DNA of 64,000 nucleotides. It comes from the human T2T-CHM13v2.0 reference genome, Homo sapiens. Positions 1 through 14,619 of the stretch are shown here, piece by piece. Within the stretch, counting starts at the first letter, position 1. Each line of letters starts with the position of its first letter. Location of the stretch: the NCBI RefSeq assembly GCF_009914755.1, contig NC_060940.1; one strand, given 5' to 3'. Both the position numbers and the translations under genes were made by a program. The notes below the pieces were generated by a model. The model worked only from the letters and a program-made list of their open reading frames with translations, made no database searches and had not been told where the DNA came from.

Positions 1-561
1 TTTCTAAGTCAATATGCCAAAAAAAAAAAAAAAAAAAAAAAAAAAACCACAAAGCTCAGTATTGAAACTCTGAAATATCTAGTTTCTGGAAAAGTTATTC
101 TCGCTGTAAATTAATACATTTATAGTTCGATTATGATTTTAGTGACAGAGCTTGTTGTGTTGGGATATTTATGACAATTGGATATATACAGTACTATACA
201 TTTGTAAACTGTCCTTTTTTATTTCACAAATGTGGTTAAGTGAGTCTGTCCTTGAGAGGAGGAGGTCCCATTCCTGGAAGGTGGGTGTCATCGGTTTCTT
301 AGCCTAGAAGGTTGAGAACCACATCTGGGAATATCATAAAACCAGCCAGGCGACAGACATCACGCTAAGCCTCAAAGCCTCTCCCAAGATAAGCAGCCCC
401 TCTCCCCCAGGATGGACATGCTGTTCATATTGAAGTTTTCTACAAACAACAGCAACGATTCTTAAAACTATAAAGTGGGGGGCTGGATAATGTGCTTATT
501 TTGGAGACAGTAGAATACAAGAAGATGGTGCTCAGTAACATAGTTTAAAAACAGGCCTGGG

Positions 562-879
<318 letters not shown>

Positions 880-964
880 TCATATTGGCCATGGAAGAGG
901 CAGAAATGTGAATTCTTACGGTTTTCTTTGATGGACGGATATTAGTCTCAACATCCACAGCCAC

Positions 965-1378
<414 letters not shown>

Positions 1379-2102
1379 TCACTGTTTAGTGTTAGAAAAC
1401 GAAACTTGGTAGTGGCTGGGCATTTGCTGGTTTGGAAAGAGTATCGAATGTAAGGTGTGAATTTTTTAAAGGTTTAATTTGTGCATTTGTGCATTTGTTA
1501 AACATTTCTCATTGGCTTTGAGAATTAAGCTCCAACTACATTTCAGCACACTTTCTGAACACTGACAACCTCTTGCATGCGCAATCTGCAGAATTTTTAG
1601 GGTTGCCTGGTTTCCATTTGTAGAACTGGGTAAGAACGTTTACGATGTCAGCAAGTCCATTTGATTTTCAGTTAATGGCACAGATGGGAAGCTGCTGTGA
1701 AGCGCCTGATGGAGGGTCACCAGGAAAAAGAAGGGAGTGGGGGCCTGGGCTGGACAGGGGATGGATGAGAAGGCAGTGGCTGCCCTTTCACACTTTGTCA
1801 AGGGACTGGGGGGACAAGGGATGGTAAGGATGGAAGAGATGCATAAGCAAGAAGAATAGGGGACAGAGGGAGACCACATCTCTGGCTGGGCTTTACCCAA
1901 CAGGCACCTCCTCTGCAGGAAGTAGCTTTCTCCAATCCTACCGTGGAAAAGCCACCTGTGTCTCTTGCCCCAGTTCCAATGGCACCAGCAGGAATGGTGC
2001 CCCAGCCACTGTTGGCTCCCTGGATGGGGTCTAATGGTTCAGCCACAGTCCATGCATCATCCCCAGGGAAATTCACAGTTCTAGCCCTTTCATTACAATC
2101 CC

Positions 2103-2135
2103 GTGTGTGTGTGTGTGTGTGTGTGTGTGTCTGTG
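2103..2135. repeat. (GT)n microsatellite
   Basis: Direct GT dinucleotide run. Confidence 0.97.
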
Positions 2136-2799
2136 TTTCAAACCATCGTGTCCTGACTTTTGCATATTCTGTTTGGAAATAATGTAGGCAATTGTTTCAT
2201 ATTAACAGCTAACTGCTTATGAAATTTCATTTAAGATACATAACTGAAAAAGCATAAAAATGTCCAAACTCTCTCATTTAAAAACATCACTACAAGCTAA
2301 GACCTTGTATGATAATGGGTAAGTGCAATGTTACAACTGAATTAAGAAAATGGCAGAAATAAATTCCATGAAGGAAGGATGGGAGAACTTTAATGGGCCT
2401 TCCATACCCTTGATGTGGGGAATGAATGTTAAACAGCAGCATTTCCAGGCCTCACTCTGGAAATATATCCAAGGACAGTACTGTCCTAATATGGTGATAA
2501 TCTATGTGAATACAATTAGAAAATTACTCTCTTTTAGCAATATTTAAGATTGACTTGTACATTACAAGGCCCAACAAATTTACTAGACAACAATTCCGTT
2601 AATGGCTTCCTTCTTGCTTTTCACTCCTCTATTCCCCAGTCCCTTATTCAGAAAGATGTATAAATAGAATTCACCCCCTTGATCTGTTACCTAAGATAGG
2701 CAGTTATGTATTTGATCATGGTTACAGGTAGATTCTTTGCATTCATTTGTCTAAGACAAATACTACTAATAATGATATTGACAATGACAATGGGAATAA

Positions 2800-3340
2800 A
2801 CAATAACAAAGTGACAATAAAGCACCTATCATGGGCCATCTACTATTCAAAGGGCTTCAGAAGCATCCTCTCATTTACTTTATAATTGCCATGTGAAGCA
2901 GGAATGTTTTTTTTTTTTTTTTTTTTTTTTTTTTGAGACGGAGTCTCTTTCTGTCACCCAGGCTGGAGTTCAGTGGCGCTATCTCGGCTCACTGCAACTC
3001 TGCCTCCCAGGTTCATGCCATTCTCCTGCCTCAGCCTCCCTAGTAGCTGGGACTACAGGCGCCCACCACCCTGCCCGGCTAATTTTTTGTATTTTTAGTA
3101 GAGACAGGGTTTCACCGTGTTAGCCAGGATGGTCTCGATCCCCTGACCTCGTGATCCGCCTGCCTAGGCCTCCCAAAGTGCTGGGATTACAGGCATAAGC
3201 CACTGCGCCGAGCCAGCAGGAATGATGATTAACCATTTTTTAAGATATGGAAACTGAGGTTAAGAAAGGCTAAGTAATTGATCAAGGTTGCCAAGCTCGC
3301 AAGTGGTGGAGCCAAGATGCAAACCCAGGTCTCAAAGCCC
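2800..3340 (-). mobile_element. MIR split by an AluY insertion
   Basis: MIR core GGAAACTGAGGTTAAGAAAGGCTAAGTAATTGATCAAGG after the Alu; MIR 3' portion before it. Confidence 0.75.
2907..3214 (-). mobile_element. AluY, full length with 10-bp TSD
   Basis: Poly(T) then GGTTCATGCCATTCTCC and CCGTGTTAGCCAGGATGGTCTCGATC; TSD AGCAGGAATG at 2897-2906 and 3215-3224. Confidence 0.96.
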
Positions 3341-3729
3341 ACGTGTTTAATAATGAAGAGCCCTCTTATGTTCCTGGTGCTGTAGCCACTGACTCTAGGA
3401 CAAACCTACATGTGTGTTGAAAAGCACTGTCCTTCCCCAGACAGCTGGTAACCCTGTTATCTTACATGGACACAGTAGGAGCCCTACAAACATGTATATT
3501 TACAACAAATATCCAACCCCTATTTTTAGTCTTATTTATAATGCAGTTTGAGTAGGTAGACCTGGTAAATGTAGGATAAACTATTAAAGGTAGAAGTAAG
3601 CCAAATCCTTCTATCCACAACCTGCTTGCTTTAGCATGCAGGAGTCAAACGGGACACATGTAGCCCTGATACCTCATGGACTTCTCATTTTAAAAGAGAA
3701 ACAAGAAGGAGTGTAAGGAGAATGCTGAT

Positions 3730-3937
3730 GAGCTTTGGAGATAGGGAGACCAGGTTCAAATCTGTTCTTTTATTACGTGACCTTGGGCAAGTTATAGAAC
3801 CTCTCTGAGCCTCCATTTCTTCTCTGGAAAGTGTCTGTGCGATAATAACCTTATCTTGTAGAGTTGTTCAGCTGAATAAATGAGATAGCACTTAGCACAG
3901 TTCCTGGCACATAATGAGAACATAATTCACATTAGAC
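3730..3937 (+). mobile_element. MIR
   Basis: GTGACCTTGGGCAAGTTATAGAACCTCTCTGAGCCTC core; 3' CACTTAGCACAGTTCCTGGCACATA. Confidence 0.85.
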
Positions 3938-3940
3938 TTT

Positions 3941-4250
3941 GTCCAGGCTTGGTGACTGACACCTATAATCCCAGTGCTTTGGGAGGCTGAGGGGGGAAGG
4001 TCACTTGAATCCAGGAATTTGAGACCAGCCTGGGCAACATAACCAGACCCTGTCTCTAAAAAAAAATAAATAAATAACAATTAGCCAGGCATGGTGGCAT
4101 GTGCCTATAATACTAGCGACCTGGGAGGCTGAGGTAGGAGGAGTGCTTGAGTCTAGGAGTTTGAGGTTACAGTGAGCTATGATTGAGTCACTGTATTCCA
4201 GCCTGAGTGAGAGAGCAAGACCCTGTCTCTAACAACAACAACAACAAAAA
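3941..4250 (+). mobile_element. AluJ, full length
   Basis: CTGGGCAACATAACCAGACCC and GAGCTATGATT AluJ-type positions; (AAC)n tail. Confidence 0.93.
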
Positions 4251-4256
4251 TCAGAA

Positions 4257-4522
4257 TTTTTTTTTTTTTTTTTATATGGAGCTTGATCTCAGCTCACTGC
4301 AACCTCCGCCCCTCCCAGGTTCAAGCGATTCTCCTGCCTCAGCCTCCCGAGTAGCTGGGATTACAGGTATGTGCCACCATGCCCGGCTAATTTTGTATTT
4401 TTAGTAGAGATGGGGTTTCTCCATGTTGGTCAAACCAGTCTCGAACTCCCGACCTCAGGTGCTCCGCCTACCTCAGCCTCCCAAAGTACTGGGATTACAG
4501 GTGTGAGCCACTGCGCCCAACC
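4257..4522 (-). mobile_element. AluSp-like with ~35-bp deletion near the tail
   Basis: TTTCTCCATGTTGGTC and ACTCCCGACCTCAGG diagnostics; the segment between GGAG and GATCTC is missing. Confidence 0.9.
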
Positions 4523-6147
4523 TATTTATGTTGTCGTCGTTTTTTTTTTTTTTTTCACTTCTTTAATCAACAATTTTAAGAGAGACTGTTGTTGATTGTG
4601 TAGAGGGCAATAAGGTAGAAAGCTCACAGAGCATATTTTAGACTTCTGGGCCTTACCAAGTGGTGCAGTGGCCAGCTGTGATGCTCTTAACTGTGAGGCC
4701 AATGGATGGAGGCTGAGCTCAGCAATGCGAACTGATGGGCTTTTACTGAGAATCTCCACTTAGACAGGCATGGGGGCAGGGAAGGGAGATGCTGTAAGCA
4801 AAAGAGAAACTAACATTCCAGGAATACCTACCATATGTCAGTTACCACAGTGAAAATTTGTTTCGTTACTGATAGTGATGCCTGACGTAAGGTAAGGTCT
4901 CTACTTTGCAGAGCTGTGGATACAGTCAGAACAATTTCACTTCAGTTTGTAAATGTATGAAAACAAAAGCTATGTGTATTTCTTAAAGATCTCAAACAAC
5001 ACCAGTATCTGTGCAGACAGGGAGAACTACAAGGGGATGAAGTTCCAGAAAAGGGTGTTCTTACTTTCTAATGTCAAAAAGTCTCTAAACTGACTAATTT
5101 TCTCTCTAAATATAAATTATGATGATGATTATTTTACAGACTGGGGTCCGGTTACCAGCCCCTAGAGTCACATACAGCATCTGAGCCCTACTACAATAGT
5201 CCTTAGACAATCTAGTACAATCTATACATTTGAAACAAACATTCCTTAATTTATTATTGCAGCCAGATATTGAAATAAGTTATAGCATCCGAACATTGCT
5301 GTTCAGCCCCTAGAAGAGAAAAAGCATTTTCCAGGGACATTTTGCTTGGAGTTCATAAGAGGGTGAAATAATGTAACAATAGAATCTCTATCCCCAGCCA
5401 CCTCCTGACTAGGCAGTTCTACCTCCAACATCAAAGCTGCTGCATTAAAATTTAATTTGAATTTAAAATCCCTGACAGGGCCCAACACTGGGGAAGCAGG
5501 GGTTAACCACTGAGATAATGAGGCCATCGCTGCCACCGCTGATTCTGTTGACAGTATTGTATCACCTAATGAATGTGGCGATATAAATCTTGATGAGGGG
5601 CAGGCCTGAGTCTCTGGAAAAGTAATGATCATGAGGAAGAGGCAAGAGCCCATGCTGCAGACGAAGAGGAAAACCAAGAACGTGCCCCAGCCCAGGAGGA
5701 GCAGGCTGAGACCTGGGCCCGCAAAGGGCAGGCTGACTGGCCCTGTTTATTTACCCAAAATGCCCCATATTTCATCGTGCAAATCATAGGGCCTACCATG
5801 TTTGCAGGATTTGACGGAAGCAAACAAAAGGTAATGAGAAGCATGCTATATGCTTCTAAGTCAATTCTCCACTGGCCCAGCAAAGCAGACCTATGACAAT
5901 TACCAAAAACAATTAGGGTAGTCTCATGATCTCTCTCTTTCTTCTGTGGCAGAAAGAAAGCATTTTACAAATCTGAATGATTTGTGTTCTCATCTGAAGT
6001 CTCTACTTTATTTTGACTGTGATGGATAGTACCATGAATTGCTTTGGCTTTTTTCAGTTAACAAGTTTGGTGTGATTCCTTTGCTACTGTTCCTTCCCAA
6101 ATGTGCTCCAAGGGCTACTTGGCAAGACAAAGGACAAAAAGTAAACT

Positions 6148-6323
6148 AATCAGCTGGGCATGGTGGTGTGCACCTGTAGTCTCAGCTACTCAGGAGACTG
6201 AGGCTTGAGCCCAGATGGCTTGAGCCCAGGAGTTTAAGGCTGTGGTCACCTAGAATGCCCCACTGCACACTAGCCTGGGTGACAGAGTGAGACTCTGTCT
6301 CTTAAAAAAAAAAAAAAAAAAAA
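6148..6323 (+). mobile_element. Alu right monomer (FRAM or 5'-truncated AluJ)
   Basis: Single arm AGCTGGGCATGGTGG...GACTCTGTCTC with poly(A); internal GGCTTGAGCCCAG duplication. Confidence 0.88.
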
Positions 6324-6444
6324 GGACTCCCTGAAATGCCCCATTATAGAAAATAAAGATTCCATGAGGCCATTATAAGGATGAGGTTTGATGTGTTTCA
6401 AATAGCATGTGAACACTTCAGCAGCCCCTCTGGACTCTACCTAG

Positions 6445-6852
<408 letters not shown>

Positions 6853-7413
6853 TGACTTTGCAGACCAGTGGTCCAGGCTTTACCTGTTCCGAAAGCTGTG
6901 ACATTGGGAGGTGTCCAGCACATTGATGCTGGAGCAGTCTCTGATCTTTGGTGGAGAAGGAGACTGATGTTGGAGAGCTGATAAGATCGGCCTGCATTGC
7001 TGTGGGCTGTGTCAGATGGGTGGACCCTCCTCCAATTCTAGAAGTCAGGAAATAGATTTCTCACTGAAAGAAATCTGGACATGTTCAGCATCTGGACACT
7101 CGATGGCATCTTGAAGGGACCAGCTATCTTTTTCCAGAAGTCTCAAATCTGGTTGTGTATCAGAGTCCTTTGGATAACTTCAAAATAGAAATTCTTGGGG
7201 CCATCCCTACAGAGGTTGGTTTAGGAGGACTTGGGCAGTTGTGGCCTGGACATAAGGACATCCTTTGTCTTTCCTTTTTATTCTCTTATTTTTAAAGAAA
7301 CCTCCTAGAGGTGACTATCATGTTTCTGGCGGAAGAAGGAAGGATTAGAGGTAAAAGTGTGGAGCAAATAGGACAGAAAAAAATGGGAAGTCAAACTTCT
7401 TCAGAGCTTACAT

Positions 7414-7641
7414 CAGGGTCACTCAATCTTGGATCTACTGACATTTCAGACGGGATGATTTTTTACTGTAGGGGCTGTCTTGTGCATTGTAGGATTTCTA
7501 GCAGCAACCCTGGCCTCTACCCTCCAGATGCCTACTGGAACCTCCATCAGTCGTGCCAATCAAAAACATCTCCAGATACTGCCAAATGTCCTCTGGACAG
7601 GGTTAGGGGGATACAAAATTAGCCCCAGTTGAGAACCACTG
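7414..7641 (-). mobile_element. MER20 (hAT-Charlie MITE)
   Basis: Ends GTTGAGAACCACTG; internal CCCTGGCCTCTACCC..CAGATGCC and ACATCTCCAGATACTGCCAAATGTCC match MER20. Confidence 0.88.
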
Positions 7642-8189
7642 GCCTAGACAGTCCTAGAGGCCTTGCAATGTGGGCACCTCAACAAGGTCCCGATACCAAG
7701 AAAGAGAGAAAGATCATTGCCAAGTCCCTCATGGCTTAATGCAATGAGCCAGTCTTTCACCTCATGATTATATTTGGAAAAGAAACTTGATTCCAGCTTT
7801 TTTTTTTTTTTTGTGACAAGCACTCATTTAAGATTCTCTTAACACTAAAGAGAATCTTGCAGTGTGCATAAGCCTTTCTTACGGCTTCAATCTGATCCGG
7901 CAAGAGCATCCTCAAGCCCCTACCTCTGCAAAGAAGCGGAGATGAAACCTGGACAAGGGCTGTGGGTGCTGCGGCAACCACAAGGCCCGACAGAGTCCAT
8001 GCAAGCCACAAACCCACGCAGGTGCGCCCCAACCTGTGCACCAGCCACACACGGGGACACCCTCTTCTCATTCCAGGTAGTGTTGACCAGGAAAATAAAA
8101 AAAAAATCCCCTTTTATTAACAAAGGGAGACAGAAGACAAAAGGAGCAGAAGATGGAAATCCTTCAAGATCTGTCTTAGCAGAAGAAAG

Positions 8190-8350
8190 CTCCCTTTCTC
8201 TTTCTTTTCCCCCTTTCTATGCCCTTTCTATTTTTCCTCTGTCTTGGTTCTCTCTTTCCTTTGTATCTTTTTCCCTTCCTCCCTTCTCTTTCTCTTCTCT
8301 CTCATCCCCTCCTTCCCCCTCCCTTTCTCCTCTCTCTCTCCCTCTCATTT
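8190..8350. repeat. CT-rich low-complexity tract
   Basis: Near-pure polypyrimidine run. Confidence 0.9.
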
Positions 8351-9072
8351 AAAAATCCATTCAATTGGCTTGCCCAGCAACCTTACAGAAACTTCTCTCA
8401 AGAGCAGCCTATTGAGACTGGCTCTCAAATTGCCCCCAGAGCCCACTGGATATTCCTTCAGATGTCTAACAAGCGTTGAACACAACTGAGGTTTAGAGAG
8501 ACACAGAAATCAATACTGCGGCTTCCACCAGTCACGCTGAGGGATTAGTTGTCCCAAGGAAAAGCACAGACAGTTGAATAAGAGAATCATGACTCCGAAT
8601 ACCCTAACAGGTTTATGAACTAGAGAGCAGCCTCTGGCCTTGATAACCTCCAGTTGGCCTGGAGAAAAAGGAGGCTGTGAAAACATTCACTTAGCTTTCT
8701 CCCCTTTTGTATTAATGAGGTCAAGCGTGGGACCTCAGGGAGTCAACAGTGGTACTTGGAGGAATGACTGTCAAGGCCGGTGGGTGACGATGACCATCTG
8801 AGCAGTGGCATTCAGAGGCTCTGAGCATCCTCCTTGCTGTGGAGAAGTCAGTGGCCACATCCCTCAGGACAGAGCTTGCAGGGAGGCTAGAACTGAGGGC
8901 AAAATAGAAAAACAGCAATGCCTTGGACTATTTGCTTTGAGCAGGTGGCATTAAACTGTGGCAGGTGTTTACATTTTTAAAATCATGGATGGGAGAGATC
9001 AACAGAGTATGCAAATGATTAGGGGACTCTCTAAATGGGCAGGATTCTGAAACAGCAAAGAGCAATGGAGAC

Positions 9073-9366
9073 TTTTTTTTTTTTTGAGACAGGATCTTGC
9101 TCTGTTGCCCAGCCTGGAGTACAGTGATGTGATCATAGTGCACTGTCGCCTTAAACTCCTGGGCTCAAGTGATCCTCCCACCTCGGCCTCCCTAGTAGCT
9201 AGGACTACAGGCACACACCACCATGCCTGGTGAAGTTTTAAATTTTATTAGGGATGGGGTCTTGCTGTGTTGCCCAGGCTGGTCTTGAACTCCTAGCTCC
9301 AAGCAATTCTCCCATCTCAGCCTCCCAAAGAGTTGGAATTACAGGTATGAGCCATTATGTTGGGCC
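9073..9366 (-). mobile_element. AluJ with TSD
   Basis: CTCCTGGGCTCAAGTGATCCTCCCACC; TSD GAGCAATGGA at 9060-9069 and 9367-9376. Confidence 0.93.
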
Positions 9367-11986
9367 GAGCAATGGAAAAATGTTAACAGCTTCTCCACTT
9401 TGATGAGAATATAATGAGAGAAGGCTCATTTCAATGTATAAAAATTCTCATGCTCCTACTTCCTATGATTCACATTCCGGAGGCTGATCTTACAATTGAC
9501 ATGGACATTCCAAACACCTCACACAAATAAGACACCTGGTTGGAGACTCATTTAAAAACAGATGGAGCCAACGGCCTCAATGATGTCAGTCTCAACAAAA
9601 AGAGAAAAAGTCACTTTATAACTGGATCTCTGGGTTTGAGTGAAGAATTAAAGCTATTATCTGTATAAGTCAAACCAAAAACCTACCTTCCTATGAATTT
9701 ATAGGACAATTTAGGTCCTAGCTGAATAATTCAGAAAAAGATAATCACCTCAATTATTTAGATGGCCATCTCATTCCCTTATATACTCCATCTCTCTAAC
9801 CTGGATGTGGAAAGTCGACAGCAATTAAGTCTCTTAACCAAGCCACCAACAGGAGGCCACCGATTTGGACTACAAATGTGGCACCCTCGAAACAGGATCA
9901 GTGGAAACCGACCAGGATTAAGAAACTGATTTGGAAGACATTGGCTCTGAATCACTAAGTGATGCTCACCCAATCTGATGGAGGTTCAAAAACCCTAGGT
10001 GGAAAAAAAAAAAAAAAAAAAAAAAAAAAGAAATGTAGGAAAGTCATCTCTCTGTGTTGTGTATCCTCAGGTTACCTGCTCTACCCTTGGTCCTGCATAG
10101 ATGTCACTGATTCTGGAAGAGAGGAATTCAGTGCCCTTCTCTGGCAGCCTCCCACCAGTCTCAGCCTCACGGAGCTTGCAGAAGAGCCTCATTTCTGGTC
10201 TGTGTCCAGGTTCAGGGTGTGAGTCGGAATTTGTGCCTCCAAGGCTGGTTAGCCAGCAGCATGAGAAATGATGTCATGTAAATAGGGCAGATGAAGAGCT
10301 GGGAGACCCCTGATGAAGTTCACAGGGGTCATGGGAAAAGAGCCCTTCCTCTGGGTGACTTTGGAACAATAGTGAGGTCAAACTGGCTGGCGGGGCTTTG
10401 CCATGCTGTTTCTATCTGGGTGGAGACATACGCACCTTGAGGTCCCCGCGTGCCTCTGTGTGTTTGTGTGCACGTGATCTTATGCGCAGAGAGGCAGGGT
10501 TGTCTGCTGTGTCCAGGCTGGTGGATTCAGCTTTCCTTTGTGCAAGTATTAATCTGCCCGGTCCCATCCCCCACTCTCTCCCCGCACATTAGCCTAAAAT
10601 ATGAGCGCATGCTCCCGTCTCGCCTGTGTTGGCTGCTCTAGTGCCCACAGCATCCCTGCCCCCTTCCTCCAGCCCTCTTATCTAAAGCAGCATGTCACTG
10701 CAATTTTATGGCCAACATTACAGACTCAAGCCCTCCTTTGAACCAATCAAACTGCACTAAATATGTTAAGGGAATCCAGGCGTTCTGTAAGGAGCCTGCT
10801 TCCTGAGCCCACCGCCTGACCTCTCTAAGAGCAGCCTCCATAAATCTGCCTCACCTGATGGGAGATGGGCTTTTTAGGATCTCTCAGGGTGCTTTGAGGT
10901 AGCACTTCTATGAACTCCTTGCCACAATAAATAATGCTACCTGCAATATGTCTTTGGGAGCATGTCAGTAGCTGCTGTCCTGCTATGAATTTTTATTCTT
11001 GTGCCGTCTGGAAGATAGATTCCAGATTCAGCATTTCCCTGCACTTACTGTCAGATCTCTTTACCCCCTTGCCCCAGCAGAATGACAGAGACCACAAATA
11101 AAATAAAATAAAAAATTAAAAAAAAAAGCAGCCTAGGAAAAATGGCCCAAGATCGGAGAGAAAGAGCCAAGCTCACCTCACAGCAGCGGCATGAGCTGCC
11201 AACATGAGGCGGGGTGGCCAGGTGGGAGGAAGGCGGGTGTAAGCTGGGCAATTTCAGAGTCCTCAGGACGGAAGCAATTCACCAGGGGAGCCTGGAGGAA
11301 GGGGTCTCTTACTAGGTAATGGTGTCAGATAAGAAGAAAGCCCAAGTTTGGGTCAATACATCATTATGAAGGAGAGCAACAGAAATCTGTTCACAAACAT
11401 CAGTTAGGTGGTCATTGCCCTGGTAAGATACCGGGCAATCAGTCCATGCAAAGAGGACGGTGGATTCAGAAATAGCCCAGAGATGACTTCCAAAGTGAGA
11501 TGTTATGGTCAGAAAGATGAGGAAGAAAGACACCCCTGCAGCTTAGGAATAACAATCAGTTGCTTCCCAGATTTCACTAACTCACATGTCTTTGCTGATC
11601 CAGAAGCGAGCGCTCACATGGCCGTGTGCATTTTCCTAGTTATCAGCCCTGCAACTTCAGACCAATCAGCAGACCTGAAGCCAAAACTCACCGATGCCCA
11701 GGAATTTCTGCTTCCTTGTAGTGCCCCAAGTTCCTGGGAGTTTCTGCATTTCTAACTTGCCAGCTATATCCATTACGGTGGGCGAGGTGCCCAGGAAAGG
11801 AAGAAAGAAAAGCTGGCTTTGATATGTTAACATCTCATGATGGTAGAATATTTTATGTTATAGGCCACTTCCTCTTTGGAGAGGGTACAGTTCAGCATCC
11901 TGGCAGGAAAAGCACATAGGCCTAGCTTCTCTGTGCATGGAGAGCCACACAGTCACAGACTACAACTTTGGCAGACTTTTAAATGA

Positions 11987-12132
11987 AAGTTTTGCCAACT
12001 GTGAAACAGACAGGAATTACCTGGGGATCTTCAAATGCGGATTCTGGCTCAGTGGAACCCGCAAGTCTGCATTTCTTACAAAATCTCAGGTGACGCTGAC
12101 GCGACCTGTGGACCACACATTAAGGAATGAGG
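11987..12132. mobile_element. MER5A-family hAT MITE remnant
   Basis: GAATTACCTGGGGATCTT..AAATGCGGATTCTG..CTGCATTTCTTACAA..CAGGTGA..GGACCACAC motif chain. Confidence 0.65.
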
Positions 12133-12150
12133 TTTTAGGTTCTACCAAGT

Positions 12151-12197
12151 TTCTACTGCGTACCTACTGTTCTACTGCGTACCTACTGTTCTCCTGC
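12151..12197. repeat. Perfect 19-bp tandem duplication
   Basis: TTCTACTGCGTACCTACTG at 12151-12169 and 12170-12188, plus a partial third copy. Confidence 0.95.
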
Positions 12198-12347
12198 CCT
12201 AGAGTGTATATGTGGCTCCAAACCCAAGAGAACCCAGTCTGTTTCTGTTCTCAAATAGTTTGTTCTTTGTTCTTCATATCTTAAAAAAATCAATATAGAT
12301 CAAAACAGAGTTTTAAAAATTGTGGTGATTTGAATATCTGCATTTAA

Positions 12348-12665
<318 letters not shown>

Positions 12666-14260
12666 TGAATATTTTTCATGCCTCCAAATGGAATATGCCA
12701 TCTCACTTGGAGATGATGACAAGAATCCATATTTGAGGTTCTCTGTGAGTGTAAGATCAAGGCCAATTTACCTTTGGGCCCAGCAGTGACAGGCTGCTAG
12801 ACCCTCCCACAGGGAATCAGATGGTTTATGCAGAATGTTGGCTTCATGCGGTGGCCAATGTTCTACCCACAGCCAATGCTACGTTATCATTTCTAGCCTC
12901 CTGGGGCAGTGTGATCAATTTCCCAGCTTAGACATTACTGAGAGAAGGGTATAGAGTTAGGTGAAGGCTAAATGAAAACCTTCACTGATCAAGTTACCAA
13001 TGGTGGGCTGGTAAGTGGGACCAGTTCATTTCCTACACAACAAGAACAGCAAGACCACAAAACTGACAACATAAAATGGAGGTGATAAGATCACTGACAA
13101 ATGCCTTTTTGGATGATAAAGTCTCTTATGGTTAAGATGATCTTTGGAGTAAGAAGTGCAGAAGCTTTTCATACATCCCAACATGCTTAAATACAGTAGC
13201 TGAGGAGATAGCAGCCCCTGTCCATCAAGTCATCTGAGGCCAACCATCGTACACATGATCACTCATTTGTAAACTGGGCTTCCTGCCTGCTGAATACCTT
13301 TGAAAAACAGAAGTTCTCTCCTAATTGCCTGGGCTGACCTATATTTAGAAAACTGAAATGTGCTGGTACAGTGGAGAAGCCAGAAAAATGTTGGAGTTAA
13401 TCACTAAATCAATCTGGGCTGACCCCATGAGGATAGTGAGCACTGAAGGTTGTTGGCCAAGGAGCTTTTGGAGGCTGGACTTAAAAGAACTCTCTTGTTT
13501 CTCTGAAACGGGAAAAACTGCTTCTTTCTGCAAAAACATATTCTAGGATAGTCCTTCAAAACAGTCATGCCAGTAGCCAAGTCAAGGTTAACTTCATTTT
13601 GTTCTGGTGTACACAGGTAGGTACCACAGCTGGAGAAACAAGAGAAATAGGCTCATTCTCAAGAGGAACCCAGCGAGGAGATCTTTCTTTTCTTCCCTTC
13701 TCACCCTTGGCCAACTTTCCTTCTCTTATATCTGTTTGGTTTCTTACTATCCTGGGTTGTTAAAATTCACAGTTGAAATTTTCCTTAAAATTTTATACCC
13801 ATGAGGTGATGATAATTTCCTAAAGTTCAGAGTTTGAAAAATTGGGGGAAGGCACAAGAAGTATTCGGCATTATTTTCAGATTAAATGAACTGTGGGATG
13901 ACATTTGGAAATGGGCACCAGGTACCTTGAAGATGAGCAATTGCCTTTACAGGAACACTGAACAGAAAGTTCAGGAAGCTCCTTAATTCTGTAGGACCAG
14001 CACTCACCCCCAAATTTGCCAGCTCCCGTGATTTCTGCAACCTATGCTAAATGATGGCTTGGGTTTGAAGGCTAAAGGATATAAACAGCCAAAGAGGGGG
14101 AAAAGGCACTTAGAACTAGAGAGAGTTACCGATCATTTGATTTCTGTAGAAAATACTTGTCGGAGAGATAAGTAATAAAAAATCTAGCACATATTTTGAG
14201 ATTTAGGTTTGGCTGTCTACCTAGTTAAAAGTTTAGATTGAGTTATCTGAGCCATATGCA

Positions 14261-14263
<3 letters not shown>

Positions 14264-14295
<32 letters not shown>
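14264..14295. repeat. (TA)n microsatellite in an Alu tail
   Basis: Direct TA run. Confidence 0.96.
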
Positions 14296-14299
<4 letters not shown>

Positions 14300-14619
14300 T
14301 TATTTTTGAGACAGAGTTTCACTCTTGTCACCCAGGCTGGAGTGCAATGGCGCAATCTCTGCTCACTGCCACTTCCACCTCCTGGGTTCTCCGCTCAATG
14401 CCACCTCCACCTCCTGCCTCAGTCTCCCTAGTAGCTGCGATTACAGGCACTCACCACCATGCCTGGCTAATTTTTGTAATTTTAGTAGAGAAGGGGTTTC
14501 ACCATGTTTTCCAGGGTGGTCTCGAACTCCTGACCAGGTGGGAGTTCACCAGATGGTGATCCACCCACCTTGGCCTCCCAAAGTGGTGAGATTACAGGTG
14601 TGAGCCACCACGCCCAGCC
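14296..14619 (-). mobile_element. AluSq-like with internal templated rearrangements
   Basis: GAGTTTCACTCTTGT..GCAATGGCGC diagnostics; two non-consensus inserts (see findings). Confidence 0.92.

Noticed and set aside
1-260. Poly(A) run and AT-rich sequence resembling a 3' UTR or retrocopy tail
   Set aside because: No canonical poly(A) signal, TSD or upstream context is visible at the window edge.
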